Assembly: GCA_965242695.1 (NCBI GenBank)
Contig: CBDESU010000001.1
Span: forward strand, 608,001 to 672,000
DNA length: 64,000 nt
Direction of reading: 5' to 3'
Origin: Cenarchaeum sp.
Lineage (GTDB): Archaea > Thermoproteota > Nitrososphaeria > Nitrososphaerales > Nitrosopumilaceae
The stretch's first letter is position 1. Every line of letters begins with the position of its first letter. Below the pieces are notes generated by a model. It searched no databases, was not told the origin of the DNA, and worked only from the letters and a program-made list of their open reading frames with translations. Positions 40,074 through 49,506 of this stretch are shown one piece after another. Position numbers and translations under genes: made by a program.

Positions 40074-40181
40074 CCCTGCGGAGACTCCTCGCATGCTGGG
40101 CCGTCCCGGCGCGGGCCCTAGAACCGTTCGGAGGGCAGGGCAAGCCCTGCGGAGACTCCTCGCATGCTGGGCCGTCCCGGC
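40074..40181. repeat. 37-bp perfect direct repeat flanking a 34-bp unique insert (site 2)
   Basis: ccctgcggagactcctcgcatgctgggccgtcccggc at 40074-40110 and 40145-40181. Confidence 0.9.
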
Positions 40182-40503
40182 ACTTGATGCTGATGCGCCG
40201 CCTGCCCGCCCATGCCGGCCGGGAGCCCCGCCCACTTTAGGGATCGACCCTAGCTTGCGCCGCCGATCATGCGGCATGCAACGCCGTAGCCCGGCGTGCC
40301 TTGGCATGCCGCCCGATCCGCACCGACGCACCGCCTCACGGTCCAGATGCTTGCGCGAGCCAAGGATGTTGCGATCGGGTTGCTCTGCCCGATGCGATCG
40401 CGCGGGCCGGATGCGGCCTGGCCTTGGCAGCTGCGCGCGTGCGGGCCGGGCCGCGATCTTGCCAAGCGAAGCCCATATATGGAGGGGGGGTGCGGCAGGC
40501 TAC

Positions 40504-41010
40504 GTGAGCGTTGCCGTAGAGACGAAAAGGCCGGCGCAGCGGAGCGCGCAGGCCGCATCCGGACTGGAGGCGGGCCGGGCCGGCTCGGCGCTGTCGCAGG
40601 AGGCCAAGGGCGACATCCACGAGGTGCGCGCCGTGCTCAGGGCGCTTATGGAAGATCAGCCGGCGCACGTGATGGCGAAGCTAAGGGCGCGCCTCGATGA
40701 CCTCTTGGACGCCCGTCTGGACGCCCGCATAGACGACAACATAGACGCCCGCATAGACGCCCGCATAGACGCCCGCATAGACGCCCGCATAGACGACAAC
40801 ATGAACGCTCGCCTAGACGCCCGCATAGACGCCCGCGTGTACGACCACCTAGACGATATCATGGATGCGCGCATGGATGAGCGCGCGGCCGGCTTCAGGA
40901 CCAGCGCGCACGAGGGCGGATACGACATAGTAGAGGTGTACAGGTACGATGTCGCGAGGCACAGCCCGATGTCCGGCAGCTGGCCGCGCGATCGGGCCTC
41001 CTCCAAGTAG
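40504..41010 (+). CDS. Coiled-coil protein with DARI repeats, paralog 2 (expanded repeat)
   Basis: catatat TATA; about 20 extra residues in the repeat tract. Confidence 0.7.
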   Translation: MSVAVETKRPAQRSAQAASGLEAGRAGSALSQEAKGDIHEVRAVLRALMEDQPAHVMAKLRARLDDLLDARLDARIDDNIDARIDARIDARIDARIDDNMNARLDARIDARVYDHLDDIMDARMDERAAGFRTSAHEGGYDIVEVYRYDVARHSPMSGSWPRDRASSK

Positions 41011-41267
41011 GCATCGCATGCGCGGCCTCTGCACTCCACTTGGCGGCATGCGCGGGGGAATTCCATGCGCACTGTACTCGTCTAGGCACTTGATGCTGGA
41101 GCGCCGCCCGCCGGCCCACACTGGGCGCGAACTCTGCACACTTTGGGGATCAGCCCTACCTTGCGTCGCCGATCATGCGGCATGCAATGCCGCAACCCTT
41201 GCAACTTTGCCGTGGCGCCCGAGCTTGCCGAGCGCATCACCGCGCTAGGAATACACACTGGCATGTT

Positions 41268-43428
41268 TCATATCTTGGCGGCCCTGTCGTACGCGGCGAG
41301 CGCCTCGGCGTGGCGCCCGAGCTTGCCGAGCGCATCGCCGCGCCCGGCATGCCCCGATGCAATCTCAGAGTCGATCTCCACGGCCCTGTCGTACGCGGCG
41401 AGCGCCTCGGCGTGGCGCCCGAGCTTGGAGAGCATTTCGCCGCGCCCGGCATGCCCCGATGCAATCTCAGAGTCGATCTCCACGGCCCTGTCGTACGCGG
41501 CGAGCGCCTCGGCGTGGCGCCCGAGCTTGGAGAGCATTTCGCCGCGCCCGGCATGCCCCGATGCAATCTCCGAGTCGATCTCCACGGCCCTGTCGTACGC
41601 GGCGAGCGCCTCGGCGTGGCGCCCGAGCTTGCCGAGCGCATCGCCGCGCCCTGCATGCGACAGGACATATCCGCCGTCGATCTCCACGGCCCTGTCGTAC
41701 GCGGCGAGCGCCTCGGCGTGGCGCCCGAGCTTGCCGAGCGCATCGCCGCGCCCGGCATTGCCCCGATGCAATCTCCGAGTCGATCTCCACGGCCCTGTCG
41801 TACGCGGCGAGCGCCTCGGCGTGGCGCCCGAGCTTGGAGATCATTTCGCCGCGCCCGGCATGCCCCGATGCAATCTCCGAGTCGATCTCCACGGCCCTGT
41901 CGTACGCGGCGAGCGCCTCGGCGTGGCGCCCGAGCTTGCCGAGCGCATCGCCGCGCCCGGCATGCCCCGATGCAATCTCCGAGTCGATCTCCACGGCCCT
42001 GTCGTACGCGGCGAGCGCCTCGGCGTGGCGCCCGAGCTTGCCGAGCGCATCGCCGCGCCCTGCATGCGACAGGACATATCCGCCGTCGATCTCCACGGCC
42101 CTGTCGTACGCGGCGAGCGCCTCGGCGTGGCGCCCGAGCTTGCCGAGCGCATCGCCGCGCCCGGCATGCCCCGATGCAATCTCCGAGTCGATCTCCACGG
42201 CCCTGTCGTACGCGGCGAGCGCCTCGGCGTGGCGCCCGAGCTTGCCGAGCGCATCGCCGCGCCCGGCATGCGATAGGACGTATCCGGCATCGATCTCCAC
42301 GGCCCTGTCGTACGCGGCGAGCGCCTCGGCGTGGCGCCCGAGCTTGCCGAGCGCATCGCCGCGCCCTGCATGCGACAGGACGTATCCGCCGTCGATCTCC
42401 ACGGCCCTGTCGTACGCGGCGAGCGCCTCGGCGTGGCGCCCGAGCTTGCCGAGCGCATCGCCGCGCCCGGCATGCCCCGATGCAATCTCCGAGTCGATCT
42501 CCACGGCCCTGTCGTACGCGGCGAGCGCCTCGGCGTGGCGACCGAGCTTGGAGAGCATTTCGCCGCGCCCGGCATGCCCCGATGCAATCTCCGAGTCGAT
42601 CTCCACGGCCCTGTCGTACGCGGCGAGCGCCTCGGCGTGGCGCCCGAGCTTGGAGAGCATTTCGCCGCGCCCGGCATGCCCCGATGCGATCCCGGTATCG
42701 ATCTCCACGGCCCTGTCGTACGCGGCGAGCGCCTCGGCGTGGCGGCCGAGCCATGCCAGCGCATCCCCGTTGCATGCTGCTATGACCGACGTCCGTTCGC
42801 CGGGACCGATGCCGTCGCACCGCTTGACGACGGCCTCGTAGCACTCGCGCGGCGGCGGCAGCTGCCGGCTTGCCTCGAACCGCTCGGCCGCCCTGGCCTT
42901 CGACATGTCCATTATGACGAGAGCCTCGGGCCATGCCGCAAGCATTATTCTGGCGAACTCCTCCACCGTCCAATACGAGATGCGACCGTCGATGAGCGCA
43001 TCGGCCATGGCGTGGACGACCGCATTGCGCTCCGGCGTCAGGCGGCCCAGGGCGGCGGCCATCTCCTTGGTGAGGATGCGGCCCATGCCGCACCTGTCGA
43101 GGACTGACCTGATGTCGTCGACCGACGAGATGTTCGTGTCCGCCGCGACGATATCGACCCATTCCATGCTCCTGCTGCGCTCAAAGGTGTCCCGCCGGAC
43201 GACCGCCGCGGCCTTGTCCTCCTCGGGGTGCTCCCTCAGGTAGGCGGCCAGGACGTACCTACATATCTGCTCGATCGCCGTCACAAGCCTGACGACCAGC
43301 ATGTTGAGGTCGTCTGGCTTGCAGCTGCCGAGCAATACGACGAGGCGGTAGAGCCTGTCGAACACCACTACCAGGCCACCGGGCGGCGAGGCTGCCGCCA
43401 TGCGAACGATAAACCACCTGCCGCCCAT
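41268..43428 (-). CDS. HEPN + 15 near-identical TPR repeat protein; +1 frameshift near 41758 (error or pseudogene)
   Basis: LVTAIEQICR and RNAVVH motifs; 102-bp repeats; cggcattgcccc versus consensus cggcatgcccc; gtataag TATA. Confidence 0.8.
41275..42760. repeat. 102-bp tandem repeat x15 (TPR)
   Basis: GRHAEALAAYDRA occurs 15 times. Confidence 0.92.
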
Positions 43429-43685
43429 GCCCGGCGCCCCGCCGCGCTCCTTATACACCTTGCGGCTCTTGATCCTACCTCCTCCCACAGCGAATCTCCT
43501 GCGGCCGAGGCGCCGGGGCTCCCAGACTCCAGCCCTGTCCGGCGGGGCGGGGCGGGGCGGGGCGGGAAGGAGCGGCTAGCCTGCCGGCCCCCCGCCCTGG
43601 CGCCTCTGCCCCCCCCCCGCCTGCGCCCCTCCCCCCCATCCTCCGCGCCGCCAGACGTATAGCCCCGCCCAGGCGCGCCGCCGCG

Positions 43686-44105
43686 ATGATCCACGACGTC
43701 GCGTTCCGCGGCCACCCGAACGTCAGGTCGCTCCACCGGACAACGATCGAGGTGACGACGGCGCGCTCGCTCACGCCGGCCGGCGACTGCATCGTCGGAG
43801 TCGGGGCCGACTGCGGGTGCGCCGGGCTCCCCGACAGGCTAAGGGCGGAGCTGCGCGGCGGCCGGACGCGGGTGCGCATCACGCTGCTCGCCGGCGGCCT
43901 AGAGTACGCCGTAGTGGGGCGCGGCGATCCGCGCCTTGCCCTGTCGCACCCCGACGACATCGTAATACGGCGCAGCTCGTTCGCCTGCCCGCGCACGCTC
44001 GCCGTGGGGTGCGACGGCGCGGCCTCGGACGTGCCGCGCGAGATGGCATCGTACCTGTCGAGCCCGAACGCGCGCGGCGTGCTGCGCATAGAGGCGCCCA
44101 TATGA
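43686..44105 (+). CDS. DUF371 family protein
   Basis: GHPNVRSLHRTTIEVT, LTPAGDCIVGV, DIVIRRSSF..PRTL. Confidence 0.88.
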   Translation: MIHDVAFRGHPNVRSLHRTTIEVTTARSLTPAGDCIVGVGADCGCAGLPDRLRAELRGGRTRVRITLLAGGLEYAVVGRGDPRLALSHPDDIVIRRSSFACPRTLAVGCDGAASDVPREMASYLSSPNARGVLRIEAPI

Positions 44106-44126
44106 CGGGCGGCGGCGCCCCGCGCC

Positions 44127-46004
44127 CTACTCCTTGCGCTTGGCGGCCGACCTTGCCGCGTCCCTGAGCGGGTTTGCGCTGCGCGACGACGCCCCGGACC
44201 CGAGGCGGTCGCGTATCTGCGCGAGGATCATCCCCGCGCCCTGCCCGCCGTACTTTTCGCCGCCCGGCCCGCCGCCGGCGGCCCCGGCCGCCGATCCGCT
44301 CCCCCCCGCGGCCCCCGCCCCGTCGATGATCGCGTCGATCTCGGTGCCCTTGTCGACGAGCACGTTGGCGACGTGGCCGTCGAGCGTGCCGTTGCCGATC
44401 AAATAGTACGCGAATACCGTATTCTTCTGCCCTATGCGGTGCAGCCTGTCCTCGGCCTGGAGGTGTATGGCGGGGCTCCAGTCGAGCTCGGCGAACACGA
44501 CGTACCGCGACGTGTTTAGGTTTATCCCGACGTTGCCGGCGCGCAGGCCGGCGACCATGAGCCTCGTCCCGCCGGACTGGAACGCGTCGATCGCGTCCTG
44601 CCTTGCCGAGTCGGACTGCCCGCCGATTATCGAGACCGGCGAGAACTGCGAGAGCCGCTCGCACAGCATCGCGTGGATCGACCGGTGGTGGCAGAACACG
44701 ACGACGCTCTCCTCGATCTCCATCGCGTTGCCGACAAAGTCGACGACATGCGGGACCTTTGCGGCCCCGGCGGCCTGCCGCTCGCGCTGTATGGCGCGCT
44801 GTATGGCCGTGTGTATCTCTGGGTTCGGCGTGCCCCTGCCGAGCGAGAGCGATCCCCTCTCGGACTCTAGCTTGTCCCATATGCGCCCGAGCTCCCTCAT
44901 GTAGTAGTCGGTGTCGGCGTCGATGTACTCCTTGTGGCGGACCTTGTCCTTGAGCTCGTCGAGGACGTCTGCCTTGCGGCGGCGCAGCATCACGTGCTTT
45001 TGCAGGTCGCGCCTGAGCTGCTCGCGCCTCCGCTCGAGCACTATCGCCTTGCCCCTGTCGTTGACGTAGCAGTAGTAGTTGCAGAACTCGGCAAAGCTGC
45101 CGAGCAGCCCGGGCTTTAGCATGTCGACGATGGGCCATATCTCCGAGCCGCGGTTGTATATGGGGGTGCCGGACAGCCCTATGCGGTGCTCTACGGTCGG
45201 CAGGTCGGACATCTTTCGGACGGCGGCGTACTTTTTCGTCGACTTTGAGCGCAGGTTCTGCACCTCGTCGCACACGATGGTCCGTATGCCGGCGGCGGCG
45301 AGCTCGTCGGCACGCCTGTCGAGCATCTCGTAGTTTATGATGTACAGGTCGTGCCTGCCAATGTCGCCGTCCTTGCCTCCCCGCACGATGGCCGACGACG
45401 GCGGCGTGTCGGCCATGACGCGGCCGTTGCGGCTCTTCCTGCGCATGAACCTGCCGATCTCGCGCTGCCAGTTCGGCAGTGTGACGAGCGGGGCCACGAT
45501 GAGGGCCGGCAGGGCGCCCTTTTCGGTCGCAAGGTACGCGAGCGTCTGGACGGTCTTGCCGAGGCCCATCTCGTCGGCGAGCAGCGCGTTGCCCGACGAC
45601 TTTATGAGAAAGTCCAGGCCGCTTGCCTGGAACTTTAGGAGCTTGCCGCTGAACTGGGGGCCGGGCTTTGCCCTGCCGAGCCTCGGCAGGCCGTCGTCGC
45701 CGGCGCCGCCCCTGCCGTTGCCGCCCGACTTGCCGCCCCTGGCGGCCGCCTTGGCCAGCCTTGCCGCCCGCCTCTTCCAGACGGCCGTCGATATGATCTC
45801 TAGGGGGTAGCGCTCTATTATCCACTTTAGGTGCGTTATGCTGCCGGCGTTGTCGGGGATGATGGCCTCGTCGGGGCCGTCGCCGCACCACGACTGCGGG
45901 ACGAGCTGCGAGACCATGCTCGCCGCGCGCGGCCCCGTCACCTTCCAGCTCCACGACTGCGAGTACTTGTCTAGTACGTACTCGAGCGTGCCAAAGTCCC
46001 TCAT
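44127..46004 (-). CDS. SNF2-family helicase/ATPase
   Basis: LLADEMGLGKT, DEVQ, LSGTPIYN, MLRRRK, QAEDRLHRIGQ. Confidence 0.93.
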   Translation of the reverse strand: MRDFGTLEYVLDKYSQSWSWKVTGPRAASMVSQLVPQSWCGDGPDEAIIPDNAGSITHLKWIIERYPLEIISTAVWKRRAARLAKAAARGGKSGGNGRGGAGDDGLPRLGRAKPGPQFSGKLLKFQASGLDFLIKSSGNALLADEMGLGKTVQTLAYLATEKGALPALIVAPLVTLPNWQREIGRFMRRKSRNGRVMADTPPSSAIVRGGKDGDIGRHDLYIINYEMLDRRADELAAAGIRTIVCDEVQNLRSKSTKKYAAVRKMSDLPTVEHRIGLSGTPIYNRGSEIWPIVDMLKPGLLGSFAEFCNYYCYVNDRGKAIVLERRREQLRRDLQKHVMLRRRKADVLDELKDKVRHKEYIDADTDYYMRELGRIWDKLESERGSLSLGRGTPNPEIHTAIQRAIQRERQAAGAAKVPHVVDFVGNAMEIEESVVVFCHHRSIHAMLCERLSQFSPVSIIGGQSDSARQDAIDAFQSGGTRLMVAGLRAGNVGINLNTSRYVVFAELDWSPAIHLQAEDRLHRIGQKNTVFAYYLIGNGTLDGHVANVLVDKGTEIDAIIDGAGAAGGSGSAAGAAGGGPGGEKYGGQGAGMILAQIRDRLGSGASSRSANPLRDAARSAAKRKE

Positions 46005-46444
46005 CGTCGCCTCCGTGGTTTTTGCGGGGCCGCGGCGGCCGCTTATGAACCTTGGCGGCCGGGCGATCGCGATCGCCGCGGCGCCTGCGGGCCGGGCGGG
46101 GGGAGGGACGGTACGCGCCTGCGGGCCGGGCGGGGGGAGGGCGGGGAGGATGAGGCGGGCGGCCCGCGGCCCGCTCCTGCGATCGCCCCGTGCGGCAGGG
46201 TTCGGGCGCGCCGGGATGCGGCCGCGCCCCTGGCCGGACTGCTATGCGCGCCGGCGCGGCGCAGGAGTGCCGGAGCCGATCGCCCGCCGATCGGGGCGCT
46301 GCGGCGGGGATCGGGCCTCTGCCCGCGGCCCGCCCTGCATGCCATTCTGGCCAAAGATCGCGCCGGGCCGTACCGTGGGCCCTTTCCTGCCCGGCGATTC
46401 TTGTCCTCTGGCCCGCGCGTAATGCTCCGCGCAGTAGGCGCGCA

Positions 46445-46753
46445 CTATCCCCCGCGTTCCCTCGCTTTCCGGCGGGCGGCGATCTCCCGTGTCGTGAGCA
46501 GCATCGACCCGGGCGGCTTCGGCTCCACCCGCCTCAGGCCTGCGATCGGCTGCGAGTTGCGCCGCCTCTCGGCTATGGCTCTCTGCGTCTCCGGCTCGTC
46601 GTAGTCTGGGTCTCCCGGGGTGGCCATGTTGCGGGTAAGATCCATCGCCCTTTTCACGGCCTCGACCTGCTTGGGAGAGGGCCCGCGCCTGAGCTTTTCC
46701 ACAAAGTCGTCCCACACGTCCGGCGGGAGCGGCGGCACCGGGGGCGGCAACAT
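46445..46753 (-). CDS. Small hypothetical protein
   Basis: MLPPPVPPLPPDVWDDFVEKLRRGPSPKQVEAVKRAM...; coding-like composition. Confidence 0.55.
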   Translation of the reverse strand: MLPPPVPPLPPDVWDDFVEKLRRGPSPKQVEAVKRAMDLTRNMATPGDPDYDEPETQRAIAERRRNSQPIAGLRRVEPKPPGSMLLTTREIAARRKARERGG

Positions 46754-47148
46754 TGCGAACGCGGCGACACGGCATGTTGATATGCGTTGCCTAGGCCTTG
46801 TTGAGATGCGACCGTGCGGGCGCTGGTGTACGAACGGCGCCATTCCGGCCCATAGAATGGACGTTTGTGAGGCAAACATGGCAAGCGGCATGCATAACGG
46901 CGCAAGCCGCACCAGGCCTTGAACGTGGCGGGCGAGGGGCGGCATTGGCCTGCGGGCGCCGGGGCGGCGCAGGCTGCCGGTGGACTTGCGATGCCCCGAC
47001 TCGCAGGGCGGGCGGCAGGAAGAGCCGCCAGCGCGTCGGTTGGCGTGTGAGCGGTGCGCCGGCATGATGCCTGCCATGTGCCGACTGTCCACTCCCGCCC
47101 AACATCTTCGCTTCCCGGGCCCTGGAGGGACTGACACCGCCACACTTC

Positions 47149-48534
47149 CTACTCTTCTGTTCCGCCCCGCCGCGCATTGAGCAGCGGGACGAGCCCCTCG
47201 TACGCGCGCCTCGCCTCGCCGGCGACGCCATCCTTTAGCAGCGCCCCGCCCTCCAGCATGCGCGCCGGCCGCACCTCAATACGCGCGATCGGATGGCGCA
47301 CGCTGTCCATCCCGGGTCGCACGGCCGCCGCTAGGCGCCGCCGCGCCTCGATGCGCGAGGCCGCCGAACCGCCCCTGTCCAGACCCTTCGGCTGGCGGGA
47401 GGCTGCACTCGCATCACTAACCTCGATGCGCTCGGCCTCCGCGCCCGGCCCGGCCGTGTCGCTCCATCGCACCTGCACGCCGCCCCGCGCGTCCATCTCG
47501 ACGGCAGCCGGCGGCGCATACGCCTCGGCCGCGGCCGCCCCCTCTAGCGCATTCTCGAGCAGCGCGATGTCCGCGGCCCTCTCGCCCCTGCCCCCAGACA
47601 GATTCCCGTAGAACCTGGCGTTGTACCCGGCCGCATCGTAGATTTTGTAGCTGCACGAGCGCTGCAGGGCGGGGTGCATCTCCGAGGCGCTCCATATTCC
47701 GCTGTCTGCGATCGTAAACGCGGCGGGCGACAGGAACAGCCGCGACAAAGACTGCGGCGCGAGCGCAACCCCGCCCCGCCTGCCGACTACAATCTCGGCC
47801 GGCTCCCACACCGGGCTGCGCCTCGGCTCCAGGGCTGCCGTTGCATCCCGCGCCAAGATGCCAAGCACGACGGGCCTTCCCGACGACTCGACGGCGGCCC
47901 TGCAGTCGCGCACGGCCCTCTGCAGATAGTGTCTGCCCTCGCCGCCGAACATGACGTGCCCGTACTCTACCACCCCGGTCGCGATGCAGCCGTATGCCCT
48001 GCCCGCCGCCTCCATCACGTTGTACATGGCGTACGGGACGTGGTCGAACAGGCCGTACTCTCCGATTCCGGCGTACCACGGCCGCACCTCTTGCACGCCG
48101 GACTCTGGCACGACGGCCGTGCGCCCGCCGGCGCCGCGCCCTATGAAGAAGCGCCCGCCGTGCTTCCCGCGCAGCTCTACGGCGCGCCGCACGGCCGATG
48201 CGGCTTCCGAGAGGATCGCGCCGTGCGGGCCGTCCGGGACCTCGCCGTCCAGGGCCGCGCCGAGCACGGCCAGGGCGGCGGGATCCCATTGCTCGAACTC
48301 GGGCGGCAGGCGCGCCTTGCCGGGCGGGGGGAGGATCGCGGCGCCCGCGCCGTGGACGGCCCGCCACGCCCCGCACTCGCTCCACTCGGGAGGCGGCGCG
48401 GGCGGGGGATGGTCAGGGCGCCGGCCGTCCCCTGCGCGGCCGGCCGCCGGCGTCGGCCTCGTGTTCTCCATCGATGGGGGCCAGTGGAGGCGGCCCTCGC
48501 CGCGGTCCGTCTCTAGCCCGCCCCACTCGCCCAT
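47149..48534 (-). CDS. Hypothetical protein (461 aa)
   Basis: Long ORF with protein-like composition; cattaat box about 25 bp upstream. Confidence 0.65.
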   Translation of the reverse strand: MGEWGGLETDRGEGRLHWPPSMENTRPTPAAGRAGDGRRPDHPPPAPPPEWSECGAWRAVHGAGAAILPPPGKARLPPEFEQWDPAALAVLGAALDGEVPDGPHGAILSEAASAVRRAVELRGKHGGRFFIGRGAGGRTAVVPESGVQEVRPWYAGIGEYGLFDHVPYAMYNVMEAAGRAYGCIATGVVEYGHVMFGGEGRHYLQRAVRDCRAAVESSGRPVVLGILARDATAALEPRRSPVWEPAEIVVGRRGGVALAPQSLSRLFLSPAAFTIADSGIWSASEMHPALQRSCSYKIYDAAGYNARFYGNLSGGRGERAADIALLENALEGAAAAEAYAPPAAVEMDARGGVQVRWSDTAGPGAEAERIEVSDASAASRQPKGLDRGGSAASRIEARRRLAAAVRPGMDSVRHPIARIEVRPARMLEGGALLKDGVAGEARRAYEGLVPLLNARRGGTEE

Positions 48535-48582
48535 GCTGGGCCCAGGCCGACCTGGGATTAATGGCTGCCGGCGGCCCGCCGG

Positions 48583-48732
48583 CTACTCCTCGCCGCCTTG
48601 GTTGTGGGCCTGGACCGAGTGCGGCGGCGTGTTCTCGTCGTGGCACTCGCACCTGCACTTGTACGTGCTGTGGTTGCTCAGGCAGTCGATGCACTCGTAG
48701 TGCCTGCGCCTCTCGCATGCAGAGCAGATCAC
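48583..48732 (-). CDS. 49-aa Cys/His-rich metal-binding microprotein (not in ORF track)
   Basis: GTG..TAG: MICSACERRRHYECIDCLSNHSTYKCRCECHDENTPPHSVQAHNQGGEE; cttttgaa about 25 bp upstream. Confidence 0.7.
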   Translation of the reverse strand: MICSACERRRHYECIDCLSNHSTYKCRCECHDENTPPHSVQAHNQGGEE

Positions 48733-49506
48733 GGCCCGTGGGCGCGGCGGTGGTTCAAAAGTGTTTCTGTGTGGCGGGGAGGGGACGGTGGTGGGCGTGG
48801 ACTGGACGCCGCGTGGAGGGGTCGAGTCGTCCTGTGTTCGTGTGGATGGGTACTATTGCCTAGAGGCCGACCGCGCACTTGGAGGCAGAACAGGCGCGCG
48901 GCGGTACGCGATTGCGGACCCATTGACAAGATTGCACCCTGCCGTGCGACAGGTGGCAGAGAATGCACCACTACGCACCAATGCACCAAGGCACTGGTCG
49001 TGCATCGCGGGCGGTGGAGACGGCCTGCACAGCCGAACGATTGACCTCATGTTGTGTCGAACGTGGCTCGGCGTCTGTGCCAGACATGGTTTTCACCCTA
49101 CGGTGGTGGTTCAGATGCGAACGCCGGCTTGTCGCATGTCGGCCGATCATCTTCTGCCGCTGGGGTGCAGACTGCCGTCTGTTCTGTAGGCTAGGCAACG
49201 GGTCATCCGCCTGACTTCTAGCGGTTGAGTACCCTTGCCGCCGTGCAGGTCTCTCCGAGCCCTGCTTGCCTCGTACGGATGCTCTCCTCGCAGGACAGTC
49301 TACACTCCTCTTTTTCCGACTTGCACTTGTAATTTCTTGCATTTCCTGGGCTTTTTTCTGCTATTTGTCATTAATTTAACGCTTAAACTGCCATAGGATG
49401 TGAATATTAGGGGCTATTTGGCCAAAAAATTGGCTTGATGCACGCCTACCTTCCGATGGATTTAATATACCACAATTGCGGCGCGCGGATTAAGAGGTAG
49501 CAAGCA

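Noticed and set aside
38576-40181. Calling the 37/34/37 structures canonical CRISPR arrays
   Set aside because: Only two repeats each, the repeats differ between sites, one is coding sequence, and there is no leader or cas gene; reported as a finding instead
41143-43162. Alternative-frame repetitive ORFs over the TPR array
   Set aside because: Shadows of the stop-free 102-bp repeat
48761-49480. Short ORFs in the lower-GC intergenic region
   Set aside because: No recognisable motifs, promoter context or coding bias
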